A stretch of 64,000 nucleotides of DNA from an uncultured Cytophaga sp. Its GTDB lineage: Bacteria > Bacteroidota > Bacteroidia > Cytophagales > Cytophagaceae. Below the pieces are notes generated by a model that did no database searches, was not told where the DNA came from, and worked only from the letters and a program-made list of their open reading frames with translations. A program made the position numbers and the translations under genes. This document shows, in pieces, positions 1-9,750 of this stretch. Within the stretch, counting starts at the first letter, position 1; each line of letters opens with the position of its first letter. The stretch is taken from positions 1,894-65,893 of the forward strand of contig NZ_CALMGQ010000136.1 in NCBI RefSeq assembly GCF_937863595.1. The letters run 5' to 3'.

Positions 1-1
1 A

Positions 2-832
2 TTCAACAGCTCCGCCATTACAATTATTTGCAACACCATTTTGATCAGACCAATTTGTTACCAAACCTGTTGTGGTATTTCTATTCGCATTAACTAAGGT
101 GTAGGCAGCTGTTACTGCACTGTTCCAAGTAGTAGCTTGTGAGGTTACTTGATCTGCAAATTGTCTATAATATGCTGGTGCTTGATAACCCGGATTTCGG
201 CAGTTATTTCCAAAACCCCAACCATCACCATTGATCGCTTGAAAAGAAGTATTATGGATTTCTGTATTTTTAATAGCCGTAATTAAGGTAGTGGCTTCGT
301 TGGAATAATTGTAGGGGCTTGTAGCTGATGGCCATTGACACTTAGCAATCAATAGTGCCATTGCAGCATCTAGATCTGCATCCGTTGCCCCCCCATTTTG
401 GTCATAGGTACACGTGCCTGTTCTCCAGTTCATCACCCCATTACCGTTTGAATTTGCTTTGTAATACCCCCACAATCCATCAAATAATGTTTTATCTCCT
501 GCATATGCTGCAATTAACATTCCGTAACCAATGCCTTCGGAAACCGTTTGAGCTGCATTATCAAATTTTACTCTAAAATTGGTTCCACATGCTTCTACAT
601 AATTTGTTTTCCATGTTGTGTAAGCGTCTGCAGCATCTTGGGATTTACCATACTGCCCAGAGCCTGGGTTATAAGTGCCAGTAGGCAAATTGGTTGGCAC
701 AATACCATTCCCATAAGGGTTTGCAAGCACACTTATTTTTGAACCAAAAGGAATTGCTGGACTTCCAGAATTTATTTGCCCAAATACTGTGAATGTTGCA
801 AATAAAATGGAAAATAATGTTACTATTCTCAT
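2..832 (-). CDS. Glycoside hydrolase family 8-like secreted enzyme (N-terminal part; gene runs off the window start)
   Basis: My own translation of the minus strand is open from ATG at 832 to the window edge. It is absent from the ORF track because there is no stop inside the window. It starts with a signal-like MRIVTLFSILFATFTVFG. SEGIGYGMLIAAY and ATDADLDAAMALLIAKCQW resemble the GH8 signature region (one mismatch by eye). Listed ORF 669..866 is an out-of-frame overlap. Confidence 0.65.
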   Translation of the reverse strand, partial: MRIVTLFSILFATFTVFGQINSGSPAIPFGSKISVLANPYGNGIVPTNLPTGTYNPGSGQYGKSQDAADAYTTWKTNYVEACGTNFRVKFDNAAQTVSEGIGYGMLIAAYAGDKTLFDGLWGYYKANSNGNGVMNWRTGTCTYDQNGGATDADLDAAMALLIAKCQWPSATSPYNYSNEATTLITAIKNTEIHNTSFQAINGDGWGFGNNCRNPGYQAPAYYRQFADQVTSQATTWNSAVTAAYTLVNANRNTTTGLVTNWSDQNGVANNCNGGAVE

Positions 833-978
833 ATAAAATTGTCTTATATACTCTAATATAAGACATAAGCAGTTGTTAATATTCATTATGTAATAAATAT
901 TAACAAATTAATCCAATTTTTTGAACTGTATTAAAAAGTGCTTCTACTATCCCTTATTATGGGTTGTAAAGAGTTTTT

Positions 979-3069
979 TTATTTGAACAACTGATAAAAA
1001 ATAAAACTACTCGCATACGCTAAAAACGACATGTATACGAATTGTATTATAGGCCACTTCCAACCTTTTGTTTCTCGATATACAACTGCAATTGTACTCA
1101 TGCATTGCAAGGCAAACAGATAAAATAGCAATAGCGAACCTGCCCGTGCGCTGGTATAAAACATATTTCCGTTTTCGTCTTTCTGGTTCTTCATCGATTC
1201 GCGCACTGAAAGTTCGTCATCGGTATTTCCAACACTATAAATGGTTGCCATGGTACCTACAAATACTTCTCTTGCTGCAAATGAAGTAATTAAGGCAATC
1301 CCTATTTTCCAATCATAGCCCAATGGTCTAATTCCAGGTTCTATAAATTTTCCAAATTGACCCGCATACGATGCTTCTAATTTTGCAGACGCAACTTCAT
1401 TTTCATACGCCTCCGTACTTAAATTATTTTTACTGATTGAATCTTCAGCTTTTTGCATATCATCCTTAGGTCCAAATGTTGCCAACACCCACAAGATGAT
1501 TGAAATTGCTATAATTATTTTACCTGCTTCAAACGTAAATGTTTTAACTTTTTCTATAATAGATGTTGCGACATTTTTAAAACGCGGCAATTTATATGTT
1601 GGAAATTCCATGATAAAATAGGTTTTAAAATTACCACCCATCCATTTATGTAAGAACCATGCGCTTACCAAAGCCATAAAAAACCCTAGTAGATAAAACG
1701 CCATTAAAGCCAGACCTTGAAGATTAAATATGCCTAATATTTTTGTATCCGGAATCATCAATCCGATTAAAACTGTAAACACAGGAATACGAGCAGAACA
1801 ACTTATTAAAGGTGTAACCATAATGGTTATTAAACGCTCCTTCCACGTTTCAATGCTTCTCGTAGCCATAATTGCTGGCACTGCACAAGCAACGCCTGAA
1901 ATTAAAGGCACCACACTTCTCCCACTCAATCCAAACGGTCGCATAATTTTATCCATCATAAACATTACGCGCGACATATACCCACTCTCTTCTAAAATGG
2001 CAATGAAAGCAAATAGGAATGCTATTTGAGGAATAAATATTAATACACCTTGTAGGCCGGATAAAATACCTTCAATGATAAAATCACGCAAATAGCCACT
2101 TGGCAAAAGATTTGTAATTACTCCTTTTAATGCTCCAAAGCCTAATTCAATCCATTCCATCGGCAATTCAGACCAAGCAAAGATGGATTGAAAAATAAGA
2201 AATAAGATTACTAAGAATATCAAATACCCCCAAACCTTATGCGTTATAATCTTATCAAGGTTTTTAGACCAACGAACTTTTGTCTGACGCGCATCTTCAC
2301 TCATTACTTTATGAATGACGTTATGTATGGCTTCATAACGCATCAAGGTTTCTCTATATTGAAGCGAATTACTTTGAAGATGATGCTTTGCAACAAGTTC
2401 AGAAATGTCCTTTTTTTCGTCGTCTGTTAAAATTGTTGTTTTTTGGTGTTGATGCGCTAAAAGCAACGCCATATAATCGCTTTTAATTTTAAAGCGACTG
2501 CGAATATAACTAACAACGGGCCCAGCAACTTCTGAAGATTTATAAAAAATATCTGGTACGACATGCACAGGACAAACGAGTGCTGCTTTTAATGCGTCAA
2601 CTCCTTTGCCATTCCGAGCATTGATTTCTACAATCGGAACATTTAATTCTCTTTGTAGTGCTAATAAGTCAAATTCTAAGCCATCTTTCTTAGCTAAATC
2701 AAGCATGTTTAATGCTAAAATCACTGGAAAGCCTAAGTCTTTAACTTGGGTAAATAATAATAAGTTTCGTTTGAAATTAGATGCATCAACAACTACCACC
2801 AGAATATCAGGCGTCTCATTGCGAAGCGTTTCGGTTAAATAATCAAAAACAACTTGTTCGTCTACAGAACGTGGATATATGCTGTACGTTCCTGGTAAGT
2901 CAATAATATCGGCTTGTACAGTAGAGCTTAAAACAGAAACTCCCGTTTTCTTATCTACCGTAACACCTGGGAAATTGCCTATTTTTTGATTTAATCCAGT
3001 TAAATAATTGAAAAGAGAGGATTTGCCTGCATTGGGATTGCCAATTAATGCTACTTTTAATCTTTTCAT
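979..3069 (-). CDS. feoB: Ferrous iron transporter FeoB
   Basis: 696 aa. N-terminal GTPase domain (GNPNAGKSSLFN, DLPGTYS) followed by a long polytopic permease. Lies 28 nt downstream of feoA. Confidence 0.95.
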   Translation of the reverse strand: MKRLKVALIGNPNAGKSSLFNYLTGLNQKIGNFPGVTVDKKTGVSVLSSTVQADIIDLPGTYSIYPRSVDEQVVFDYLTETLRNETPDILVVVVDASNFKRNLLLFTQVKDLGFPVILALNMLDLAKKDGLEFDLLALQRELNVPIVEINARNGKGVDALKAALVCPVHVVPDIFYKSSEVAGPVVSYIRSRFKIKSDYMALLLAHQHQKTTILTDDEKKDISELVAKHHLQSNSLQYRETLMRYEAIHNVIHKVMSEDARQTKVRWSKNLDKIITHKVWGYLIFLVILFLIFQSIFAWSELPMEWIELGFGALKGVITNLLPSGYLRDFIIEGILSGLQGVLIFIPQIAFLFAFIAILEESGYMSRVMFMMDKIMRPFGLSGRSVVPLISGVACAVPAIMATRSIETWKERLITIMVTPLISCSARIPVFTVLIGLMIPDTKILGIFNLQGLALMAFYLLGFFMALVSAWFLHKWMGGNFKTYFIMEFPTYKLPRFKNVATSIIEKVKTFTFEAGKIIIAISIILWVLATFGPKDDMQKAEDSISKNNLSTEAYENEVASAKLEASYAGQFGKFIEPGIRPLGYDWKIGIALITSFAAREVFVGTMATIYSVGNTDDELSVRESMKNQKDENGNMFYTSARAGSLLLFYLFALQCMSTIAVVYRETKGWKWPIIQFVYMSFLAYASSFIFYQLFK

Positions 3070-3097
3070 CTGGATATTAAAATGATAATTGAAGTTA

Positions 3098-3325
3098 TTA
3101 AGAAATTACAATGGTGGAGGCTTCAGCTAGGCGCATGGAAAGCGTATAACCACAAACTTTAATGCAAATAGGGTCGCCAAATGGAGCTTTACAATCCAAT
3201 TCAATTTCACAACCTGGCAAACAGCCCATTTCCAATAGTTTTAAGGACGTTTCTTCGTCTGTAAAGTCACAAATGACTCCTTTTTCTCCTATTCGTAAAT
3301 CTGCAACCGTTTTTACTGGTGTCAT
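3098..3325 (-). CDS. feoA: FeoA family iron transport protein
   Basis: 75 aa small SH3-like FeoA pattern, directly upstream of feoB on the same strand. Confidence 0.85.
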   Translation of the reverse strand: MTPVKTVADLRIGEKGVICDFTDEETSLKLLEMGCLPGCEIELDCKAPFGDPICIKVCGYTLSMRLAEASTIVIS

Positions 3326-3398
3326 TCTTATTTAGAATTAATTTAAACAAAGGTACAACCCATATACGTATGCTCCAATAGAAAAAGATTTTTTATGG

Positions 3399-3412
3399 CT
3401 GATTTAAATCAG
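3399..3412. promoter_or_regulatory. Perfect 14-bp palindrome CTGATTTAAATCAG upstream of feoA (candidate operator, possibly Fur-type)
   Basis: Perfect dyad about 75-85 nt upstream of the feoA start. The TGATTT/AAATCA half-sites loosely resemble GATAAT Fur hexamers. No T-run follows in either direction, so it is not a good terminator. Confidence 0.25.
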
Positions 3413-3442
3413 ACTTTTACCTTAAAAATTTCAGTTATTTAC

Positions 3443-5917
3443 CTACGCTGAATAAAAAATGCGCTTAACTCGCGCTCCAACATTCGTAAGTATTTCATAT
3501 GGTATGGTTTGGATTCTTTTTGCCAACTCTGATACCGTTGGGTTTTCGCCAAAAAGAATTACTTCGTCACCAACTTTTGCTTGTGCATTGGTAATGTCAA
3601 TCATACACATATCCATACAAACATTGCCAATAATTGGACAGCGCACTCCATTTACTGTTACAATCCCGCCGCCATTGCCAAATCTGCGATCGTAACCATC
3701 TGCATACCCAACTGCAACCGTTGCGATTGTTGAGGCACTCTGTACGGTCCCTTTACGGCTATACCCTACCGTTTCTGTGGATGAGACTTCTTTTATTTGG
3801 GAAATATGAGTTTTGAATGTACTGATCGGTTGTAACTCATGCTGAAACTTGCCTGCACTTTCAACACCATATAAACCAATGCCCAAGCGCACCATATTAT
3901 AGTGCGCCTGCGGGAACCGCATGATGCCAGATGAATTCGCTGCATGTTTCAAAAAAGGATGTATGACAACTGTTGTTAATTCTTCCGTAATAGAATCAAA
4001 TGCTTTTAATTGTTCCGCTGTAAATGCATCGTGCTCCTCCCCATCTGATGCCGCTAGGTGTGTAAACATAGACAATACACGTACTTCTGTTTGTGCATTT
4101 TTCAATGTGCTTAGAAGGTTTACTATGTCTTTTTGTTCAAAACCCAAACGCTTCATACCTGTATCCAACTTCAAGTGAATACCTATTTGAAGTTGATTTA
4201 AAACTGCGTAATCAATGAGTTGATTTAATAAATTCGCCTCATACATTTCAGGCTCTAATTGATATTGAATCAAGGTATCAAAACTTGAACGGGTTGGATT
4301 CATAACCATAATCGGCAAGGTGATTCCATTTTCACGTAATCGAGCACCTTCGTCCGCATATGCAACCGCCAAATAATCGACGCCGTGATATTGCAATAAC
4401 TGTGCAATTTCAAAACCACCACTTCCGTAAGAAAGCGCTTTAACCATACACATGATTTTGGTATTTGGTTTCAGCCTACTTCTGTATACATTGAGGTTGT
4501 GAATCAATGCGTCTAAATTAATTTCTAGAACCGTTTCGTGTAGTTTGTATTGCAAGTGTGAAACAATTTTTTCAAAATGAAATGTACGAGCACCTTTTAC
4601 TAAGATAACTTCCTTGTCAATTGAGAACGTTGACAAATTTGAAATGAATGTTTCTGTGTCTTCATAATAAAAACAAGGCTTATGATACCACTTCTTTAAT
4701 TCCTTTATGCCTGAACCAATCGCTATTACTTTATCTAGCTTAATGGCATTTAATACAGCGGCGACACTTTTGTACAATGCTTCTGCCTGCAAGCCGGACT
4801 CTAACACATCTGAAAGAATGAGTGTTTTTTTATCTGTTTGAGTGACATGATCTAAAAAGTCCAAGGCAATGGTTAAGCCTGCTAAATCATTATTATATGA
4901 ATCGTCAATCACATAAGAATTATGGATTGCTTCCTTCAACTCCAATCGCATTTCTATGGGTTTCAATTGCACGATTTTTCTTGAAACATCCGCAATAGAA
5001 TACCCTAAATACAATAACGTAGTTGCAACATGTAAGGCATTTTCAATGGATGCATCGTCCAAAAAAGGAATAGTTAAAATTGCTTCATTTTCTTTACAAA
5101 GAACTTTTAAAACTGTATTTCTTCCTTCTTTTTTTATAAATGTGTATTGAACATCTGCTTCGTTTTTTAAGGACCAACTATAAGTTGCGATGGCAGTATT
5201 CTCTGTCAAAGCTGAACGTATGTCTTCGTGATCCTTACAGAAAATTACAATATCAGAATTCGTAAATAGTTTTAATTTTTCTTTTATTTTTTCTGTACGA
5301 TTCTTAAAGCCTTCGTCATGTGCAGAACCTATGGTTGTAAAAATTCCAATTGTTGGCTTTATAACTTTTTCTAAGGCTTCCATTTCATGTATAGTTGAAA
5401 TCCCCGCTTCAAAAATACCTATTTGATGTCGTTCATTGATTGCCCACACTGAGAGGGGCGCACCTACTTGAGAATTATAACTCCTAGGGCTTTTAACAAC
5501 AGCATAATCCAAGCTTAATAATTGACTCAGCCATTCCTTAATAATTGTTTTGGCATTGCTTCCTGTAATACCAATAATAGGAATAGAGAAATGTGCTCTT
5601 CTGTATGCAGCACAATTTTGTAACGCTTCAATGCTTGATGCAACAGAAATAAACGTAGCCTCCGGAAATTGTTCCTCATCGATTCCGTGCTCAATAACAA
5701 AAAACCGAACACCTCTGTTGTATAAATCTTGTACGTGATCATGACCATCGTGATGCTTGCCCTTAATAGCAAAAAAAACAGCTCCTTCGGGAGCCATCAA
5801 TTTTCTACTGTCAATTAATAATTGCTTTATAATTGTTTCCGGCTTGTGAAGTCTTGAAAACTGTCCATGCACAACAGAAACCAATTGAGCTGTGGTCATA
5901 TCAATGTTTGTCTTCAT
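3443..5917 (-). CDS. Bifunctional UDP-N-acetylmuramoyl-tripeptide:D-Ala-D-Ala ligase (MurF) / alanine racemase (Alr)
   Basis: 824 aa. The N-terminal half is a Mur ligase (GITGSNAKT ATP-binding motif). The C-terminal half is an alanine racemase (MVKALSYGSGG PLP-lysine context, VGYADGY). This fusion is a known Bacteroidota arrangement. Confidence 0.9.
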   Translation of the reverse strand: MKTNIDMTTAQLVSVVHGQFSRLHKPETIIKQLLIDSRKLMAPEGAVFFAIKGKHHDGHDHVQDLYNRGVRFFVIEHGIDEEQFPEATFISVASSIEALQNCAAYRRAHFSIPIIGITGSNAKTIIKEWLSQLLSLDYAVVKSPRSYNSQVGAPLSVWAINERHQIGIFEAGISTIHEMEALEKVIKPTIGIFTTIGSAHDEGFKNRTEKIKEKLKLFTNSDIVIFCKDHEDIRSALTENTAIATYSWSLKNEADVQYTFIKKEGRNTVLKVLCKENEAILTIPFLDDASIENALHVATTLLYLGYSIADVSRKIVQLKPIEMRLELKEAIHNSYVIDDSYNNDLAGLTIALDFLDHVTQTDKKTLILSDVLESGLQAEALYKSVAAVLNAIKLDKVIAIGSGIKELKKWYHKPCFYYEDTETFISNLSTFSIDKEVILVKGARTFHFEKIVSHLQYKLHETVLEINLDALIHNLNVYRSRLKPNTKIMCMVKALSYGSGGFEIAQLLQYHGVDYLAVAYADEGARLRENGITLPIMVMNPTRSSFDTLIQYQLEPEMYEANLLNQLIDYAVLNQLQIGIHLKLDTGMKRLGFEQKDIVNLLSTLKNAQTEVRVLSMFTHLAASDGEEHDAFTAEQLKAFDSITEELTTVVIHPFLKHAANSSGIMRFPQAHYNMVRLGIGLYGVESAGKFQHELQPISTFKTHISQIKEVSSTETVGYSRKGTVQSASTIATVAVGYADGYDRRFGNGGGIVTVNGVRCPIIGNVCMDMCMIDITNAQAKVGDEVILFGENPTVSELAKRIQTIPYEILTNVGARVKRIFYSA

Positions 5918-7229
5918 TCGGAGTCATGCTTTCTGTCAATTGCGAGAATTGCTTGTAATAAATCAAAAAGACTACGCCGGCAAAAAAACAAAATCCAGCT
6001 AAAATCGCATATGCATAGGTGACGTTTGAGCCTTCCATAAAGAATGGCAGTGTGAAAATAGAAAGGAATAGCAATCTAAATATCGTATTCATTACGTTAA
6101 AGAAACTATTTACTCTTCCTGCTAATTCATTTGGGATCAATGAAAACAAGTACGTCACTCTGAAAATACGAGAACTTGCATTCGTAAACCCTTTTAAGAA
6201 AGCAACATTTATAAATATAATTACAGCGCAGGTCATTGAACTCAACAAGAATATAGCACCCGTTGCGAATGTTAATAATATAATAGATTTTAAAACAGGC
6301 ATTTTGCTAAAGAGGGTTTGAATAATAACCCCAGAAAACAATGCACCCAAGCCATACATCATTTCTGTAAGTCCTAACACGGGCGCTCCTTCTTTCAAAT
6401 GGTTCAGAACATACGGAGTCATTAATGCAAATTGTTCGATGTACACTACTATAAAGATAGTGAACGAACAAATACCAAATAGTGCTACTAATTGATTGTT
6501 TCGTAAATACATATAACCCGTCTTCAGACGTTCGTATAACGAACCTTCATCTGAAATTACAAGTTTCATATTTGGAGAATATTTAATCAATAAAATGATT
6601 AAAAAAGAAATAAAATAGGCAATTGCGTCAAACAAAAATATTTCATGAATTTTCCACTTCTCTAGTGAAAATACAATGTCTGTCATCGGAACATGAATAT
6701 TTTTAACCCCTTCGAGTAGCATCGTGCCCATGATTGCGGAGCCCATAACGGCCGACTGCCCAACAATTTCAATCAAAGAAGTTATTTTAGTATAATCTTT
6801 TGGGTCTGAAAGTTCTTGTGAAAAAGCATATAAATTTGGATAGTGAATTACATATCCAAACATGGTTAATGCATAAACCAATATTATTAATATATTCGTG
6901 AGTTCGCCTTCTTTAAATCCCAAAGAAGCGATAGATAAAATAACAATACCACCAATAAAATTTGTACCTAAAAAGACATCTTTACGATTGAAACCATCAA
7001 TGATTGAGCCTGCATATAATGCCCAAAACAAAGAAGCTAGGGTAATAAGAGTCAAGCATAAACTAAAATACGAATAGTTGTTATGGGTATTGAAATAATA
7101 GGGAATAGACATCATCGTGAAACCTTGAGCAAAGCTCGAGACTCCATTTGCTGTCATTAAAATTGCTAATGTCTTTTTATTTGTCAACGATATTAAATCT
7201 AAAGTTACAACACACAAAATGGCAACCAC
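5901..7229 (-). CDS. MFS transporter
   Basis: 442 aa, about 12 hydrophobic segments, MFS motif-A-like GSIIDGFNRKD. The GTG start at 7229 would overlap the divergent recX start, so the true start is probably internal (e.g. TTG near 7187). The 3' end overlaps the murF-alr start by 17 nt. Confidence 0.8.
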   Translation of the reverse strand: MVAILCVVTLDLISLTNKKTLAILMTANGVSSFAQGFTMMSIPYYFNTHNNYSYFSLCLTLITLASLFWALYAGSIIDGFNRKDVFLGTNFIGGIVILSIASLGFKEGELTNILIILVYALTMFGYVIHYPNLYAFSQELSDPKDYTKITSLIEIVGQSAVMGSAIMGTMLLEGVKNIHVPMTDIVFSLEKWKIHEIFLFDAIAYFISFLIILLIKYSPNMKLVISDEGSLYERLKTGYMYLRNNQLVALFGICSFTIFIVVYIEQFALMTPYVLNHLKEGAPVLGLTEMMYGLGALFSGVIIQTLFSKMPVLKSIILLTFATGAIFLLSSMTCAVIIFINVAFLKGFTNASSRIFRVTYLFSLIPNELAGRVNSFFNVMNTIFRLLFLSIFTLPFFMEGSNVTYAYAILAGFCFFAGVVFLIYYKQFSQLTESMTPNEDKH

Positions 7230-7698
7230 AAAAACTGAAAAAGCTTACACCTCTGCTCAAGTATTTGTAAAAATTGCTTCCTTTTGCGCATACCAAGAAC
7301 GCACTCACCAAGAAGTTCGTCTAAAGTTATACGAATATGGCATAAAAACCGATGAAGTTGAAGCATTTATTGTAAAATTAATTGAGGATAATTTTATAAA
7401 TGAAGAACGTTTTGCAAAGGCATATGCAGGCGGAAAATTCAGAATTAAGAAATGGGGGCGTATAAAAATTATAAAAAGCCTGGAAATGAAAGGGTTAAGC
7501 CCATATTGTATTAAATCCGGTTTAAAAGAAATTGAAGAAAAGGATTATGTGGCGACAATCTCCAGCATTATTGACAAAAAAAATTCTGAAATACATCTAA
7601 AAAATCCCTACCAAAAAACATACAAAATTGCAGCTTACTTAATTTCTAGAGGTTTTGAAGCCGATTTGGTTTGGGATATGTTGAGATCTAGTGACTAG
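7219..7698 (+). CDS. recX: Regulatory protein RecX
   Basis: 159 aa with size and helical-repeat pattern typical of RecX (CAYQERTHQEVRLKLYEYG...). Confidence 0.8.
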   Translation: MATTKTEKAYTSAQVFVKIASFCAYQERTHQEVRLKLYEYGIKTDEVEAFIVKLIEDNFINEERFAKAYAGGKFRIKKWGRIKIIKSLEMKGLSPYCIKSGLKEIEEKDYVATISSIIDKKNSEIHLKNPYQKTYKIAAYLISRGFEADLVWDMLRSSD

Positions 7699-7722
7699 TT
7701 TCCAGGTGCTAGTTTCTAGAAG
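7688..7722. repeat. Heptad array, CTAG family, left arm: CTAGTGA CTAGTTT CCAGGTG CTAGTTT CTAGAAG
   Basis: C of C[TC]AG falls at 7688, 7695, 7702, 7709 and 7716, an exact 7-nt phase. The array includes the recX stop codon TAG (7696-7698). Confidence 0.85.
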
Positions 7723-7744
7723 TTGAAAATATGCGCTTGGTCTT

Positions 7745-7790
7745 AAAAAATAGCCTCATAAATCCTGAACGGATATGAGGCTATTTTTTT
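7745..7790. terminator. Bidirectional intrinsic terminator between convergent recX and lysC
   Basis: TAGCCTCATA (7751-7760) pairs with TATGAGGCTA (7774-7783). An A-run lies 5' and a T-run lies 3'. Confidence 0.8.
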
Positions 7791-7800
7791 ATTTTATTGT

Positions 7801-7835
7801 CGAGAAACTAGTAACTAGTCCCTGGAAACTATTTC
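7801..7835. repeat. Heptad array, CTAG family, right arm (inverted): CGAGAAA CTAGTAA CTAGTCC CTGGAAA CTATTTC
   Basis: Unit starts at 7801, 7808, 7815, 7822 and 7829. The reverse complement of 7821-7831 is TAGTTTCCAGG, identical to 7696-7706. The array contains the lysC stop codon (complement of 7829-7831). Confidence 0.85.
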
Positions 7836-9166
7836 ACTGCTTCTTCATGAAAAAACAATTTCTCGTTTAATACATTTAAAGTTTCATTTTTAGAATTTCC
7901 ATCTATCAATATGGATATGTTAAATAGACTACCGCCATACGAAATCATACGTACTGGTGTATGTTCTAAAGCATCAAACAATCGTTTGCTTGTGCCAACT
8001 TTACCTCTGCCAAAATTACCAACTACACAAATAATCGTTTGGTCTAAATCAACTACAACATTTGAAAATTCTTTCAATTCTGCTATAATCAAATCTAAAT
8101 TTTTAGCATCATCAATTGTCAAAGAAACTGCAACTTCAGAAGTTGTAATCATATCTACTGAAGTCTTAAACTTCTCAAAAATCTCAAATACTTTTCTCAA
8201 AAAGCCGTGTGCTTGCAACATTCTGCTCGATTTGATTTTGATCGCTGTAATGCCATCTTTAGCGGCAATTGCTGTAATATCTCTATCTGCAGGTCTATTG
8301 TTTATTACAGTACCTTTTTGCTCTGGATGCATCGTATTTAATAAACGTACAGGAACCTTACGTACTTGTGCTGGACGTATACATGTTGGATGTAAAATTT
8401 TGGCTCCAAAGTATGCTAACTCGGCTGCTTCATCAAACGATATTTCCGGTATTGGGAATGTACGCTTTACGATACGAGGATCGTTGTTGTGCATCCCATC
8501 AATATCTGTCCATATTTGAATTTCGTCCATTTGTAATGCTGCACCTACTAGAGTCGCGGTATAATCAGAACCTCCACGTTTCAAATTGTCAACTTCATTA
8601 TCCGAATTTAAACATACATACCCTTGTGTGATATACAGACTTTTATTTGGATGTTTTGCCAACTGCTCATTTAACTTTGTTTCAATATAATCCAACATCG
8701 GTTCATTGTCCGCATCCGTTTTCATAAACTCCAGTGCGGGCAATAATGCAGATGAATAACCTTGTTCAGACAAATATTCTTGGAACAAGTTTGTGGAAAT
8801 AATTTCTCCTTGAGCTAAAAACAAGCGTGTTTCTTTGTCGCCAAAGTTTGCTGCTCCAACGTATGATTTAATTAGATCATGGTATGTTTTAACAATAGCA
8901 TGGCCTTTTGATTTCCCTTCAGCTGTGCTGTATAGTTCTTCAACAAAAGCTTTATAAGGACCAAATAAGTTTGCTATAGCTTCTTCAGCAGCTTTCGTAT
9001 CTTTTTTAGTTAATTTATTAGATATGTCTACGAGTGCATTCGTAGTGCCTGAAACGGCTGATAATACAACTACTTTTATATCTGGAGTAGATGATATTAA
9101 TTTTGCAACAGAGTGCATACGATCTGGCTTACCTACAGATGTGCCACCGAATTTTAAAACTTTCAT
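7829..9166 (-). CDS. lysC: Aspartate kinase
   Basis: 445 aa with the MKVLKFGGTSVG aspartokinase N-terminus and a C-terminal ACT-like regulatory part. Confidence 0.9.
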   Translation of the reverse strand: MKVLKFGGTSVGKPDRMHSVAKLISSTPDIKVVVLSAVSGTTNALVDISNKLTKKDTKAAEEAIANLFGPYKAFVEELYSTAEGKSKGHAIVKTYHDLIKSYVGAANFGDKETRLFLAQGEIISTNLFQEYLSEQGYSSALLPALEFMKTDADNEPMLDYIETKLNEQLAKHPNKSLYITQGYVCLNSDNEVDNLKRGGSDYTATLVGAALQMDEIQIWTDIDGMHNNDPRIVKRTFPIPEISFDEAAELAYFGAKILHPTCIRPAQVRKVPVRLLNTMHPEQKGTVINNRPADRDITAIAAKDGITAIKIKSSRMLQAHGFLRKVFEIFEKFKTSVDMITTSEVAVSLTIDDAKNLDLIIAELKEFSNVVVDLDQTIICVVGNFGRGKVGTSKRLFDALEHTPVRMISYGGSLFNISILIDGNSKNETLNVLNEKLFFHEEAVK

Positions 9167-9197
9167 TATCTATTATTTCTAAATTGTTTTACTTAAT

Positions 9198-9677
9198 TTA
9201 TTTTGTTAGCGCTAACATTTTTAACGCAGTAATTGCTGCTTCATCGCCTTTATTGCCATGTTTTCCGCCTGCTCTATCGAAAGCTTGCTCCTTGTTATCT
9301 GTTGTTAATACCCCAAAGATAACAGGCTTGTTGTATTTTAAATTTACTTCTGTTATACCTGTTGCTACCGCTTGACAGATAAAATCAAAGTGTCGTGTTT
9401 CGCCTTGAATAACGCAGCCCAAACATATTACTGCGTCAACCTTGTCTTCTAATGCCAACCATTGCGCGCCCAAGCTTAATTCAAACGTACCCGGCACATT
9501 TGTGCGAATGATGTTTGATTTGGGAATGCCGTGCTTTGTAAGTACTTCCATTGCTCCCTCATACAACGCTTCTGTTATTTCTTCATTCCATTCTGCTACA
9601 ACAATACCAAACGTTTTTGAAGAAAGGTTGGGGATTTGTCCCGAATAACTACTTAAATTTTTATCTGCGCTTGACAT
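9198..9677 (-). CDS. ribH: 6,7-dimethyl-8-ribityllumazine synthase
   Basis: 159 aa with typical lumazine synthase length and pattern (FGIVVAEWNEEIT..., VPGTFELS, GVLTT). Confidence 0.9.
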   Translation of the reverse strand: MSSADKNLSSYSGQIPNLSSKTFGIVVAEWNEEITEALYEGAMEVLTKHGIPKSNIIRTNVPGTFELSLGAQWLALEDKVDAVICLGCVIQGETRHFDFICQAVATGITEVNLKYNKPVIFGVLTTDNKEQAFDRAGGKHGNKGDEAAITALKMLALTK

Positions 9678-9695
9678 ATTTTTGTTTTATACAAC

Positions 9696-9728
9696 AAAAG
9701 GGATAAAACGTTTTGCTTTATCCCTTTT
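9696..9728 (-). terminator. Intrinsic terminator after the TPR gene
   Basis: AAAAGGGATAAA (9696-9707) pairs with TTTATCCCTTTT (9717-9728). T-rich downstream on the minus strand. Confidence 0.65.
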
Positions 9729-9750
9729 CACTTTCGTTATTTTGATTGAT

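Noticed and set aside
669-866. Listed 65-aa minus-strand ORF at the start of the window
   Set aside because: It is one base out of frame with, and overlaps, the much longer GH8-like frame that starts at ATG 832. Its sequence is low-complexity and not protein-like.
7911-8519. 202-aa plus-strand ORF antisense to lysC. Similar long shadow ORFs are 37096..37647, 46431..47021, 57392..58051, 58228..58988 and 48539..48955.
   Set aside because: All lie entirely inside well-supported genes on the opposite strand and have odd, Ser/Cys/Phe-rich composition. They are typical antisense shadow frames.
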